DNA of 54,132 nt, from NCBI GenBank assembly GCA_965202585.1, contig OZ241827.1, positions 93,062,001 through 93,116,132 on the forward strand, given 5' to 3'. The stretch comes from Thalia democratica (lineage: Eukaryota). The notes beneath the pieces are model-generated. The model did no database searches. It worked only from the letters and a program-made list of their open reading frames with translations, and was not told the DNA's origin. Of the stretch, positions 13,271 through 30,053 are shown piece after piece. Numbering within the stretch: the stretch's first letter is position 1; every line of letters begins with the position of its first letter. Both the position numbers and the translations under genes were made by a program.

Positions 13271-16200
13271 AACCTGATTTTTTATTTTAAAAAATAAAGA
13301 TTTATTGTAGTTGTTCATTGTAACATTTTTGAATCCTGCAAAAGATCAAGTAAAGAGTCGAAAAGATTGCTGAGCTGGAAGGAGATAATACATATTTGCT
13401 GAAGCTAATAATAACGTTGCTCTGCAGTCTAACCTCGGTAAAAGAGCATCTCGTTAAATTCAACTCTAAAGTCATAAGAAATCTTTTCAAATATTTAAAA
13501 CCTTCTTGTGATACTGAAAAAAGAACATTGATCAGATTGTATAACATAACTATAAAGAAAATGTTCGCTAAGAGAATGTAGCTGAGAAGTTTGAAATGTT
13601 AAATTTTTTTACTATTTGTTGATTATGCGTTCAGACAAATTTATTGAGTAGGAAATTTATGATTTATTTGTCAATGAGTTATTTATGGCTAAAATTATCT
13701 ACACTAAATTCGAAATTGATGTTAATTGTTTGAAGAAAGTTCCTAACTAAAATTATAATGGAACACGAATTGAAGCTTTTAAAGTTTTTAAGTGTTGGAA
13801 CTGAACAAATTACCAAGCTTAATAATAAAATCAATTTATTGTCCCAGCAAATTTTGAAAAATAATAGAAGCACTTACAGCAAATTAAAAAAGGTAAATAA
13901 AAAAACACAAAGCTAAACTTATCAATTTTAAAGTAGAAGATATACAATCCCATCGATGCTTGAAAAGCGAAATTATCACCAGGTAAAGGCCAGTAAAAGC
14001 AAAGTATAAAGTTTTTGAATATCGAGCTGAAGAAAATCCAAATGAAAAACATCAAAGAAATTGTTGCTCAGAAGAAAACACCAACCAAATAAATTGTAAA
14101 TAAGAGAAAAGTTTCCAAAATATGTTATTAACATTTTTAAAGTGAAGTTTACATCCTTTTTACCTAGCTTTATTTTTTTGTAGTTGTTTTCAATTGCTAT
14201 AACTATAATAAACTATACTATACTAATTACTTTATCCAAAAAACTAAAACGTTTAGTTAGTTGTAGTAAAAAGTTACTACACATTACTGAAAGAAGCGCT
14301 TAAATTTTAAAATTAACATTTAACAACGTTTGAAAAACGTTATAAATAAGGATATGTTGTGCAACCACAAATAGTTATAGTAAATATAAAAGCATATATT
14401 AAGCTAATAAAAAATAAAGTTAATAAAGTAGTTTTATAAAACTTTTTTTTGTGATTATTCTCTTTTCTAAATATAAAATATATAAATTAAAAAAAAAGTA
14501 CTGATGTAGTTATATCGAATTTTGTATAACTGTAATCAGTTATAATATAGTAAAAAACTATATTTCTTTACTGGAAATTAGTCATTATGTAATCAAAACG
14601 TTTACTAATACTATATCGACTTATTTTTATTATATTTATTATTAGATGAAATAATTTTTAACCACTCAGTTTTAATTCGAAGATAACAGTTCATTTAATG
14701 ACAATAGTTGTTTAATTATTTTCAATTCTATTAAGACTTTTTTATTTATTACAATTAATTATATGTTTTGTATAATTTAATAATATTGGTTTTTTTAAAC
14801 TAAAAGATGTTCAAAGCGTTACAATAATTATAGCATTGTAATACACATTTTTATTTGCTTTTAATTAACCGCTCAATGCAGTTCAAACTTAATTCCAAAT
14901 CCTTAGTTAACGAACAGTAGTTTTTGTAGATATATAAAAAACCTTTAAAGAGTTGTTTGCATTCATTATTCATGACGTCAAAAAAAATTTTATCTATTAA
15001 CTTAACTTAGTTTAATATTTTGAAACTAAAGGTTGCGCAAGAAATGTACTTAATTATAATTTAATTGTTTATATCAGTCGTCTATTTTCAAAATTTTCTC
15101 GTAGAATCTTTTATAAATTTTAAAAAACTTCTTAAAGAACCTTAGACTTTTTATTTTTACTTTTGTTTTTTGTTCATCATTTTAAGTTTCAAAATTCTAG
15201 GGTAATTTTCAAAATAAATTTAGTGCACTCTTAAATGTTTTTTGTGCAGTATAATATTCTAGTACACCTTAAAATAAATTTAGCACACACATGAATGAGT
15301 TTTGTTCATTGTAAAAATCAACTTAAAATAAATTTTGTGCGCACCGTTAACACCACTAGTAATAAAAACTACATATTTTTAAATATTGAATCATAGTAAC
15401 TCAAATTTGAATACCTTAACAGTTTTTCAGTTCGTAGCTTTACTAAAATCTTAATAACATAATAAAATAACACAACAGGTTATTTCATTTCTAATTCTTT
15501 GTGCTTATGTTCTATAGTTTTATCATGAACAGATATTTAACTAAACAAATTACCTTAGTTTATACAAAAAACAAAACCTATTGTTTAGTTGTTAGATTGT
15601 TATATTTCATTTACTAATTTATGTATTTACAGTTTCATCAATGAAACAAATTAGGTTTTGTTCTCAAATTAATTTTTAAATTACACATATGAAACTTATT
15701 AATTGTAAAATACTTTCATTTAGCTTTAAATTAATAACTTTTTTTCAAACTTTGTTTTACAAAGAATAAATATTTTTAATAAAATTTTACGTGGTATAAG
15801 CTTTAAAAACATTTATAATAGATTAAATTCTTATTTAAATCCAAAACTTGAGTATTTTTTTTTATTAAATTATTTATTTCTTGTTTTTTTTTACGAATCT
15901 CAACAGTCAACTGTTCAAACAAAAATAGTTTATATTTATTAATTTGTTTTTTTTTTAATAAAAACTTTAAACCTTTAAAAATTTTTATTTAATACTACAC
16001 CGGCTTTTTGTTAAATTAAACTACTTATATATATGTATTTCTTAATATAATATACCGCGCAATGCAGTTTCAACTCAATACTTAAATACTTAAAGGAGCT
16101 AACAATGAATTGTTTGCTATTACCATTTTAAAGTCAACAAAACTTAATTTTTGATTAATTTAAATTTTACACATAAAACTTTAATTGTTTGTATGTTTGT

Positions 16201-16999
16201 TTCACGTGTTTCTTAATTTATTGATAAAGCTAAGAAAATAAATATCCTTTTTTGTTCACCATTTAAATTTAATTTAACATAGAACAATAAATAATTTTAT
16301 ATTTTTTTACAGTTCACTACATTGACTTATTTTTAGTTCAATTATTATTAACTGAAATATTTTTTTATTACTCAGTGTGGTTTTAGTTTAAGTATAACAA
16401 TTAGTTCATTAAAATAGTTTTAATAAATTGGTACAAGTTTTTAAACTTGTTGCTTTTTCTGTAAGTTATAGAAAAAACTTTTTGATATATTTAACTTGTT
16501 TATAGTATAACAATATTGAATTTCAGTTAAACTAAAAGTTAATCAAAGCATAATAAACAATGTAGTAATACCTATTTTTTTTAGTTTTTCATATGCCGCT
16601 AAATGCAGCCCAAACTCGATTTTAGAAAAGTATAATAAAATAATAATATATGTTATAATTATATACATAAATTTATAAACAGCTACTTGCGTTAGTTTTT
16701 AATATGACATCAACAACTTTTTGTTGTATAATTTAAACTAAACTCATGAAAATAAAGTAAAACGTAGGCTTTTTTAATGTTATTCTAAGTTTATTATCAA
16801 AAATTGTTTTTATTTAAGTTTAAAGGTATGCTGACAATAACATTAGCTTGTGTTTGTTTGTACTTTGACAATTTAAATAAAATTGATAAATAAATAATTT
16901 ATTTACTTAAAGAATTTGTCTCTAAAATAATTTTTTAATTAAACAAAATCTTTATATACAATACGACCGAGAATGTATGATCTCTCAGAACTGCATAAA

Positions 17000-19900
17000 T
17001 CGCAAGTTCCAAAATGACTCCTCAATAGAATAACTCAAAACTAGTATAAAATTTAAACCTTTCTAGAGAGCGTTAAAGCTTCGAAAAAGCAAGAAAAGTG
17101 TTGCTTGGAAAGAGCTAGAATAAAATAACAATCAAAAAAAAATGTTGTCACAAAAAACTAAAAGAATAACAAGTTTATCAGATGAAAAAGTAGTTTAAAA
17201 AATCCTAAATTAAAGAAAATAAATATTTATTTATTTAAAATCAGCTCAAGAACGGCAGGAATTTTCTACTCAGGACAATAACCGAAACCAGGTACTTTTA
17301 GAAAAAGTGGGAGAAGTTGGTTATAAATGACGAATTTCAAACCACTCTAAAGAGCGAGAAATTTAAAAAACCAGAAAAATATAATCAAACGAGCAAGAAA
17401 CCAACCATTAGCATTGTTTGTTATAAATAGATATTATAAATGGGCCCATTTACAAATACAAAAACAGTATTGTTCTATAAAATTTTATATGTTTAAAAAC
17501 ACAGGGCTACTTAAGAAATTTTAATTGAGCTTTGATACGTTACTACAACGAGCTTCATTATTAAATATTTAAAAAGTATTTAATATGCAAAAATTAAGGT
17601 ATAAGATGTTTTTGTTATGAAAAAATGAAAAAGGCTCATAAAGAAGATGAGAACAAAAACTGTTAGACAACTTGAACTAGTAGGTAGAATGTTTTAATAT
17701 TCTATAAGTAAGTTGTAGAAAAGAAGATTAAAAACGTAGTACAGACGTAAAGTAAGTATTTGAAATTTCAAGTTAAAAAACCTTTAACTTTTTTTTTATT
17801 ACAGTAGAAAGTATATAAACAATATTCAAATTAAAACAACAAATATTTTATAAAAAGCATCATTTTAAGTTTAGACAAACTAGATTGATATTAGTTTACT
17901 TTACTTTATTTTACTCTTTTTTTTTAATTAGTTGTTTATTGCTGAAGTTCTCGCAAAAAAAAATCGAAACTGAGATAAAATTTTTGGTAAAAGGTGCTAA
18001 TAGAATATTTGAATCTTTGTAAGACAAAAAAAAAAGGAGAAAATAATTTCTTTTAATTCATAGCGCCGTTAAAGTGTGTTAATCCGTTAACACACAGAAA
18101 CATGTGTTAGCGTAAAAAAGAAAGAATTCTGTATAATTTGTTATTGTTATATATTCCAGTGAACTTGTTTCGCTAGGATCTTTTGTTATTCGCTTAAAAT
18201 TATATTTTTGAACAGTAATACTAAATAATATCGATAAGTTTTCAGAATATATTAAAATCAAAACAAGTTTTGGAGATCAAGTAGGAATAATACTTTGACA
18301 GCATGAAACGTTTTCTGAAATTGGTTGCTGAATGTCGAGCTAAACGAGCTGAAAGATAATAATGTAGAGCTTGAGAATAAGCATGTTGGATTGCAAGCAG
18401 TTTGAAAAAAATAAAAAAATAAAATTGAAGTTGTGAATACTGATAATACACAAATGCAAGAGAGTGTAAAAAAGCTCAAAGAAATCATCCTGGTTACAGA
18501 AAACAAGAAAGTAGAGCTAGTTGTTGTGAACAGGAGCTTGAAGAAGTAAGTTTCTACTCAGTAGAATATAAATAAACATTTTGGAAAAATAAACTTACTA
18601 GTGACGAAGTTAAAACCTCCCTGGAGAACAAGGAAGTTAAAAATTTGTGAGTCATGAAAAGAACAAGGAGCCAGGTGTTAATATGAAAAACGTCAAACAA
18701 GAAAGACTGCAGATAAATAAAATTATTCGCTGGTTTCTTTTAGTATTAACACACTGATTGGAACCAGTCAGCTGAAAAAAATTCGATGAACGTTTTCTAG
18801 ATAATATTGATGGCAAATATGAGAAATCAGAATAATCATACAAGCCTCCAAATTGTAATAAAATTAATAAAAATATTTTAATTAGCGTCATCTTGAATTC
18901 AGACAATTTAAATCAGAAGAGATTTATACGTCAACAGATTACACACTTTAAATTATTTGCTTATGTATGATAATATGACTTTTTGTTGTAAACAATAAGT
19001 ATACAGTTCAACAAAAAGGACTATATATTTTCAACTTATTTTAGACAATAAAGATCAAATTGTACTTTTAGTAATGGTTTAGTTAGAATTCCAGAACAGA
19101 TAGGGTAATGATAAAACTCAAAAGAGTATTCAGTCTAAACAATTTTTTAAAACATCCTTTTTTTCAAAGACCAAAGTATTTTTTGAATCGGAACAGAATT
19201 GTTATCAAAAAGTTCTATTAATAAGAATCTTAGGAAAGCAAAGTTGTTTACTAAATGAATGCTTTGAAAGACTAATGTTTTAAAAATACTATACTCTGAT
19301 ATTACGTCATGATGTCAAAGGTTGTACAAATTTATTATTTAAATGTGTTCTTGGAAAATGAAACTCCAGAAAATCGTACAGTGGAGGTTTAAATTAAACC
19401 AAAACTGTAACCCTAGAAAACGAAAAAAAAGAGGTTAACGAGCTCAAGGAAAATATTGTGGCAAAAAAAAACCAAAAAGTGACATTATTACGATCACTTT
19501 TTATAAACAAAGACAAAAAAGATTTAACCGACAGTATAAAGTCATCAGCGAGCTAAAGCAAGCCACTGAAAAGAAGCAGCTTAACATGCAGTGGAGAAGC
19601 TTCCTATTAGAGAAAAATACAAAAGCTACCTCAAAGCAAAGATTAAAAAAACCGAAAAAAAATTTTTAAAACCTACTGCAGTCATGTTATATAAGTATAA
19701 GAATGCAGAAATTTTTGCAAATAAGAACCATGAAAAATGCTGCTGTCCAAAATAAAAATTTAAAAACTTCGAGAGTCATTTTTCTTGAACAAATAAGGCG
19801 CCTGATTTTAACGTTGTTTATGAATTTTAAAAAATAATAAAAGAAACATAGATTTGATAAGGAAATCTAACAACCAAATAAAACATCGTAACACTGTTAC

Positions 19901-20330
19901 TTTCAACAGGCGTTGGGGAAGGACAAAGTATCAGAAATTTTCGGTGCTTTTGGTTCAAAATGACATGGCTTAGAACCTAATGTACTTGGTAGATATTTAT
20001 TAACATTGTAAAAAAAGTTGTCCAAATCTAACTGAAAAAAGGTGAAAGAAAATAATTTGTTAGATTAGCTATTATTTTGTTGGTGACTCGCACTGGTTTG
20101 TGTACGTAGTAGACGCTTGTGCAGGAGAAACAGACGACTACAGTGGAGCGAAGAAGGACCTTCCTTAAATAATGAATTGATGCACCTACAAAAAAAAAAT
20201 CACTTTAAAAAAAAAAGAAAATAACATCAAGGTGTTGTTCAGAAAGTCTCGAGGAAATAGAACAACAACTAAGTAAACTTATATTTTTTTGTGTTATTAG
20301 ACAACTTGAATCGGTAGATATTTATATGTT
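17000..20330 (+). pseudogene. Second cluster of decayed coiled-coil gene-family remnants, homologous to 700-6100; boundaries approximate
   Basis: The block 19235-19455 aligns with 2003-2220 over about 220 bp; shared motifs GCGAGCTAAAGCA-like (4071/19548), CTCAGTAGAATA (4179/18557) and AGACAACT(T/C)GAA (5292/17666/20299). Confidence 0.35.
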
Positions 20331-22119
20331 TATACAAATTGCTCTTTATAAGACTAAACTGCTTACCTTAGACAGAAAAAGGCAATGCATAAAGAAACGT
20401 AGTAAAAGAATGTAATGCAACTATAAAAGCTAATCATTGCAGTTCACATAATGTCTTGCTTTTCATACTAGTCAAAAGCATTATAAAACTATCAAAATAA
20501 AAGCCAAATGGACTGAAAAACATTGAGTTTTATAAACAATTGGTTTTGTCTTAACAAAGCTTGTTTACTAAATGAATGAGTTTAAAAGACAAAAGTTTTC
20601 AAAAATACAACATTTTGATATTACGTCATAATGTCAAAGCTGCACAAAAATTTTAAACTTAAGTACAATTCTTAAAATAATTGTTACAACTTTAGTTATT
20701 AAAAACTTCCTTCTTTTAAACATTTAAAAGGTCTTTTTTGAATTAAAAAGTTAGTTTTTAAACCGCATTAAAAGCAAAAAGGTAATAATATAATTTTAGA
20801 GTGTAAAAATTGTAAAGTTTCTAAACTCAGCGCTAATCATATGTCGTAAAATAATGATAAAAGCTTTAAAACGAAACTTAAATTCTATAAAGTTTTTGTG
20901 ATTGTTTTCCTTGTTTAATAGTCAAACTTTAAAAAATGCTTGAGTTTTAGGGTCAGAATCGGACCGACTATAGCAAAATTTTGGCAAAATCAGTTGAGTT
21001 TTTCTTTTAAACCGATTCTGCTATTGTCAAATGTTAAAACTAAATCAGTCTAAAAACAACTAAAACTGTATTAGACATTAACTACTTGAGTAAAAAAATT
21101 AATTATATTATTTTTTGACACTTGTATTTAAAAAAACAATAACTTTTTATTTTTGCAAAATTGTTTGGATTTAATTGGTTTATTGATAAATGCTATTAGA
21201 GATGTTTTATTATGCGAGAAAGAACTTTAAATACGATTCCTTTTTTTTAAATCTTAATATTTTATTCGAGCAACCAACAATAGCACTTCCTGCCTGAATT
21301 TTCTGCCGATTAATTTTTATATTTTTTCATTATTGTTTTCTTATTGAAATCTGGCAACTTTTATTAATGGTATGGTTTTATTAATATTGCAGAAATGCTA
21401 CTGACAAACAAGGTTTCAGCTTAAAAACACATTTTTAGTATTCTATAATTCAAAAGCTATTAGTTTAGATCTTATTTAACTTGGAACTTTATATATTTAC
21501 ATCACGAGCATAAAATTAGTTTGTACTTAGCTGACTCAGAATTAGGTAAATCAATCATATTTGTATTTTTACTTTAGGTATAACTGATTCATTCTGTTAT
21601 AACTAAGTTTGATAAGTTTAACTAAATCTTAATAAGATCAACTAAAAATTATCAATAGTTATCTAAAGTCATTTGTGGTTAAATAATGCTTATTTTATTC
21701 ACTTAGATAATTTAATGTACAATTAGGATCAATTAAAAAAAATTGACTTTTTTAATCGTTTTAAGACAAAAATCAATACTTTAAATTTAAATCACTTAAG
21801 ATAAGTTTCATTAAAAAGCTCAGACTTATTTGTTTCAAATAAAAGTAAAAAACATAAACTTTTTAACAATAATAAGGCATAAGTCTTCAAAAGCTAATTC
21901 ATTTAACATCTTTCAAATATGTAATCTTAGAATATCGAATAGCTTCAAATTAAATTAAATTCAATAAGTTTGTCTTTTTAAATAACAAAAAAAAGTTGTT
22001 AGCAAGTTAAATATAAATCTAAACAAAATTTTAAAAAATCTGGAATTTATTAATGCAAAAATAAAGTATTCAAAAAACTTTATGAGTACTTATATGCAAT
22101 TCAATAAACAGTAGTTCAT

Positions 22120-22726
22120 TTAAAATGGTTGTCTACAGTTGGGACAAGTTTTGTGTTCAGCAAACCACCCTTCAATGCATTCTTTACAAAATTCATGATT
22201 GCAGTCGAGACGCATCATTTTTCTACAAACTTCAAAATCTTGAATGCAAATTGTGCATTGACCGCCTACAGTTGATTCATCAGCAACGTAATGGTGAAAT
22301 TTCTGGATCCTTTCCGTAGTGAGTCCTTTGTGCAACAAGTCTTTTCTCTTGTTATCAATTTTTTGAATTGTCGTGTAAATGTACTGATCTATTTCCCTAT
22401 CAAGTGTAGAAAGTTTATCTTTAATTATTTCAGAGTTCAGGTTTTGAAAATTTTGCTTACTTCTGAAAGTTTTTGTCGGAAGTAGTTTAGTTTGTTTCAA
22501 TCCTGTCTAATTGGTCAAGTTTAGTTGCAATTTGAATTTTGTTCTCTATTCGTTGGTAGTAAAATTGAATTAAATTGTAAAGTTTTGTCAAGCACTCAAT
22601 CTGTTTATAAATTATTTTTTCAACATAAATGACATTAGTTAGTTTAAGTGTAAAAAGTTGCAATTCCTTAATACTTAATGAATTTGATTTTAAGCCAATT
22701 ATTTTACCTCTTTTTTTTCTAACCAT
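22120..22726 (-). pseudogene. Intronless coiled-coil + C-terminal RING finger (putative E3 ligase) gene with one frameshift near 22487-22505
   Basis: ORF 22120-22500 ends in CTICIQDFE-x-CNHEFCKECIEGWFAEHKTCPNCR. Upstream ORF 22487-22726 has an ATG and overlaps it in the adjacent frame; removing one A in GAAACAAACTAAA fuses them into a protein of about 200 aa. Confidence 0.7.
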
Positions 22727-24635
22727 AGTTACAAATCATTAAGTTTAAAAAATAATAATGCATATACAGTAGGTATATATGTTTAAAATTCAAAACTACA
22801 TAAAATTAAAATATTTAAGTCAAATAATGGCTAACACTTATAGACAAATAAATAAATAAATACACTAGCGAATGATTTCTTAATATTTTTACAAAACTAT
22901 TAGCTTTTTTTTTAAATTTAACTTAAAAAATACCAACCTCCAACTCCATACGACTGAGATTTAACCATTGGTTTTCCATTGTAAATGTTTTTTATAATAT
23001 ATTAGCTATAAATGTATAAAAATGTTAACAAGCTATTAATACTTTACTACTTAAGTTACAAAACTTTTTGTTAATTTCTTTTTTTGCTATTTCAAGTCAT
23101 TATATAGATACAATAAAAAGTCAATAAGATGTTAGATATATATTGGTAAGTTCCATTGAAACTTATCTTTTTTAAAGTACAATTTTCTTCAGCAATTTAT
23201 AATTGAAAACATATTAAAAAATAGTTAAAATTATTTATTTAAATGTCTACATTATAAAGTAAAACATTTAGATTTTAGAATTAACAGTACAAGTTATAAT
23301 AACAAATTACAGTAATTTTGTTACATAACCTAAAAGTTTAGGTGGACTAATTTTAATAGACAGTTTTTTTATCAATCGTATATTAATTACTTATTTATAT
23401 ACTTAACTAACTTGTTCTACTTAAAATAACTTATTTATTATTATTGTATCAGAGATGATAAGAAATATTTTCAGTTATTTATTTTTGCAGCAAGAATTTT
23501 TTTTTTTTTTAATTAAGGCTTTAACTTTTTATATCAAACAATTATATTAATCCAGTCCAAACTAGAGTTTTTGGTTTAAGCTGAATTAAAAATAAAAAAA
23601 ACAATACTATTGTTCTGTAAAGTTTACTTGGTACAATTAAGTTTCATTGCTGGGCAAATACCTATAAATAATTAGATATTAATCAGAAACATTGCATATA
23701 TACACGTATATATTAATAAATGGTAGTAACTAGCTATGATGGATAATAGTAAGCATTGATAAGTATTTATAAGAAAAATTAAATTTGTTTATCATTATAT
23801 TAAGATTTTATCACAATGCCTTAAAAATTAGAAAAAGAGCAAAAAAAAACTAAAAAAAAAATACTACATATAATAAGTTTAAAATTAAATGTAGCTAAAG
23901 ACCAATGTTTTTGAAATTACTGCTAACCGTTTTTCATTAAGCACTTAAAATATTTGTCCATTAAGACGCTTTTAAAATCTAATAAAAATTATCAAACTTT
24001 TTTTTATAAAGCATTAATAAAACTTTATTTAAGTGTAAAATTAACAACTGTAAAACAAGGTTTGATAACTTTTCTTTGGAAAACAAATTAAAATGAGTTA
24101 CACAAAAAAAACAAAATATTGTTCAAATAATAACTCTTACATTTTAAACATAAAAATACACTAACTAATTTGTAGGCAGTAATTACTTTGTAACATATAT
24201 ATATATAATTCTCTATAGGTCTTGTCTTGTCAACAACTGTTATTATAATACATATCACTAGAAAGAGTTGTTAAATGATCCTTGGTCATTTTAATTACTA
24301 AAACTAAAAATTCATTATTCAAATATAAAATGCAAGTAAACGCAGCAGGTGTATTTCACAACTGAAAAAGAAGAAAAATTAACAAAAAGTATTTAAACTA
24401 ATACAAATTATTTTTTTATAAGTTATAAAAGAATAAAAGTAAAACAAAATAATCTTTTAACAAACTTTAAATCGAATGTACAGTTTTCAAAAATGTTAAA
24501 TATTTAACTAAAATATGATTTAACCTAAAAAATTTTTTGAAAAATTAAGTATAATTGTAATTGTTGTCTCACTGGTTTATTGGATTGAACTAGTAAAATC
24601 TAATTACTTAATACAAAATTATTTTTTTTAGCATG

Positions 24636-24709
24636 TTAATTCTATTGCCGGGGATTTTATTTTTTTATTCTACTGCGGGGATTTTGTGCTCTGCGATTTA
24701 ACATCTCTG
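24636..24709 (-). mobile_element. Truncated 74-bp inverted copy of the left end of the hAT-like element at 24971-28352
   Basis: Exact reverse complement of 24971-25044 (CAGAGATGTTAAATCGCAGAGCACAAAATCCCCGCAGTAG...GGCAATAGAATTAA). Confidence 0.9.
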
Positions 24710-24821
24710 GTGGACCCTACTATTAATTAGCTGTGTTACTGTTCTTAACAAAGTAACTTTCATGATAAATTAGACAAATTAAACAGTCTTTAAGTGTTTC
24801 AATTTACTGATTGTGATTTAA

Positions 24822-28496
<3,675 letters not shown>

Positions 28497-30016
28497 ATAA
28501 ATAGCACTCTAGGACACTTATTTTTTGATAGTTAATATTTTAGCTTTTAGTGTTCAATAAACTTGCAACTAGAAATGTGTAGTTATTTATTTTTTTAAAT
28601 TCATACATCTTTGTTTAAATTTAAGTTAATAAAATAAAATTAATAAAACCCCGCCTAATTTAATTAGAATCTACTAATACTTAAATGCTGCGGGTAGTTT
28701 TGCGTTATTTTTTATGTAATTAAGGTCTTCCTAAACCATTTTAGTATTTGCCCTCTTTGCAAGAAACCTCTTGATTTTAATTCTTTAATTCAATCCTAAC
28801 TTTATTAAAGAGTGTAAGTTTAATGTAAACTGTAAATGTTACGATTTATAAGTCTGATAATTTTATATTTTTTTAGGAGACCCTAGTATCTCTAGAGTAA
28901 GATAATTGTTGCGGCTGATATATCTTAAATTTAAACCCACGGTAAAGTTATATAATCTCTTATTTAAATTCTTTTTTAATTGAAAGTTAAACAATATTAA
29001 ACGTAAGTCTTTATAGTTCAGGCCAGCTGACATTGGTGATGGAGCTAGCATAAAAGTTTAAAAATCCCAAAACTTCCTTTAACCTGTTGCCCCTACCTTC
29101 GTTATTGTTGTTCAAAACTTATGAACAATTTACAAATATTTCATTGCTAATTTTATTCTAGCATCGTAATGTTAGTTTAAACAATTTTATAGAAGTAGAA
29201 TCAATATACACTAAATAATAAAAATAAAAAACAAGGGTCAGTAAATGCTATGTATTTTGGACTGGCAGCTGTAATTTATGTTTCAATATAGAACCCGATT
29301 TATCTAGTTTTATATTAAAAATAAAGATGATGAACTCTAGTGAATGTTTTCGTAAATTGTACAGGAGTCAATTTTTCTCACTTTATTTAAAACCCGTATA
29401 AAACCAATAAAAGTTAAAATAATTTTGATTCAGGCCATATTTAATCTTTCTACGCACCATAGTTTACCGTTTCTTGGTTATATTTCAATTTTAGTTGGTC
29501 CCATCTTATTTATAATACAATGATGCTCACAGGTAGCAGTTTGCCACACTGTGTTGCTACTTTTACCTATGTACATATACCAATTAATAATTTGCAATTT
29601 CTCTTTTATTTGAAGTAATTTTAAGTAGTGTCATAGAAAAGATAAAATTAAACATATACTTCTATCGGAAAACTTTAAACAAGATACGTTTTTTTTATAA
29701 TAATAATGAGCATGTAGTTTGCTTCAATCAAATTAAATACTATTGGTATCAGAATATATCACTTACAATAATAACAAAAACACCACATCAAAACATCAAA
29801 TAGTTTTATTCTAGTTTAAACGACAAGAAATTCTAATCATATCTAACTAAAAAACTAATAATCCAGACGTATAATAAAAGGTCTGAGGTATATATTAAAA
29901 TAAATTAAACATAATATTGAGATAAATAAAAGAGATTTATGCCGTCATATTTACACATCAATCAAACAGAAAATCTTCTGTACTTTCACGACTTGTTGTT
30001 AATCAAAGTTGTATTC

Positions 30017-30053
30017 CTAGGCGCTCTCCATTTCAATGTTTACAGTACCATTC
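30017..30053 (-). CDS. Probable last coding exon of the mucin-like gene (cytoplasmic tail KNGTVNIEMESA-stop)
   Basis: Acceptor TTTCTAG; phase matches the phase-2 donor of the TM exon; TAG stop at 30017-30019. Intervening exons cannot be excluded. Confidence 0.5.

Noticed and set aside
19679-19690. CAGTCATGTTAT matching the right TIR of the hAT-like element
   Set aside because: It lies within the decayed coiled-coil module (similar to CTGCAGTCGCAG at 2300) with no partner end or TSD; likely chance.
20954-21020. 9-bp inverted repeat CAGAATCGG/CCGATTCTG
   Set aside because: Too short and without a TSD to call an element.
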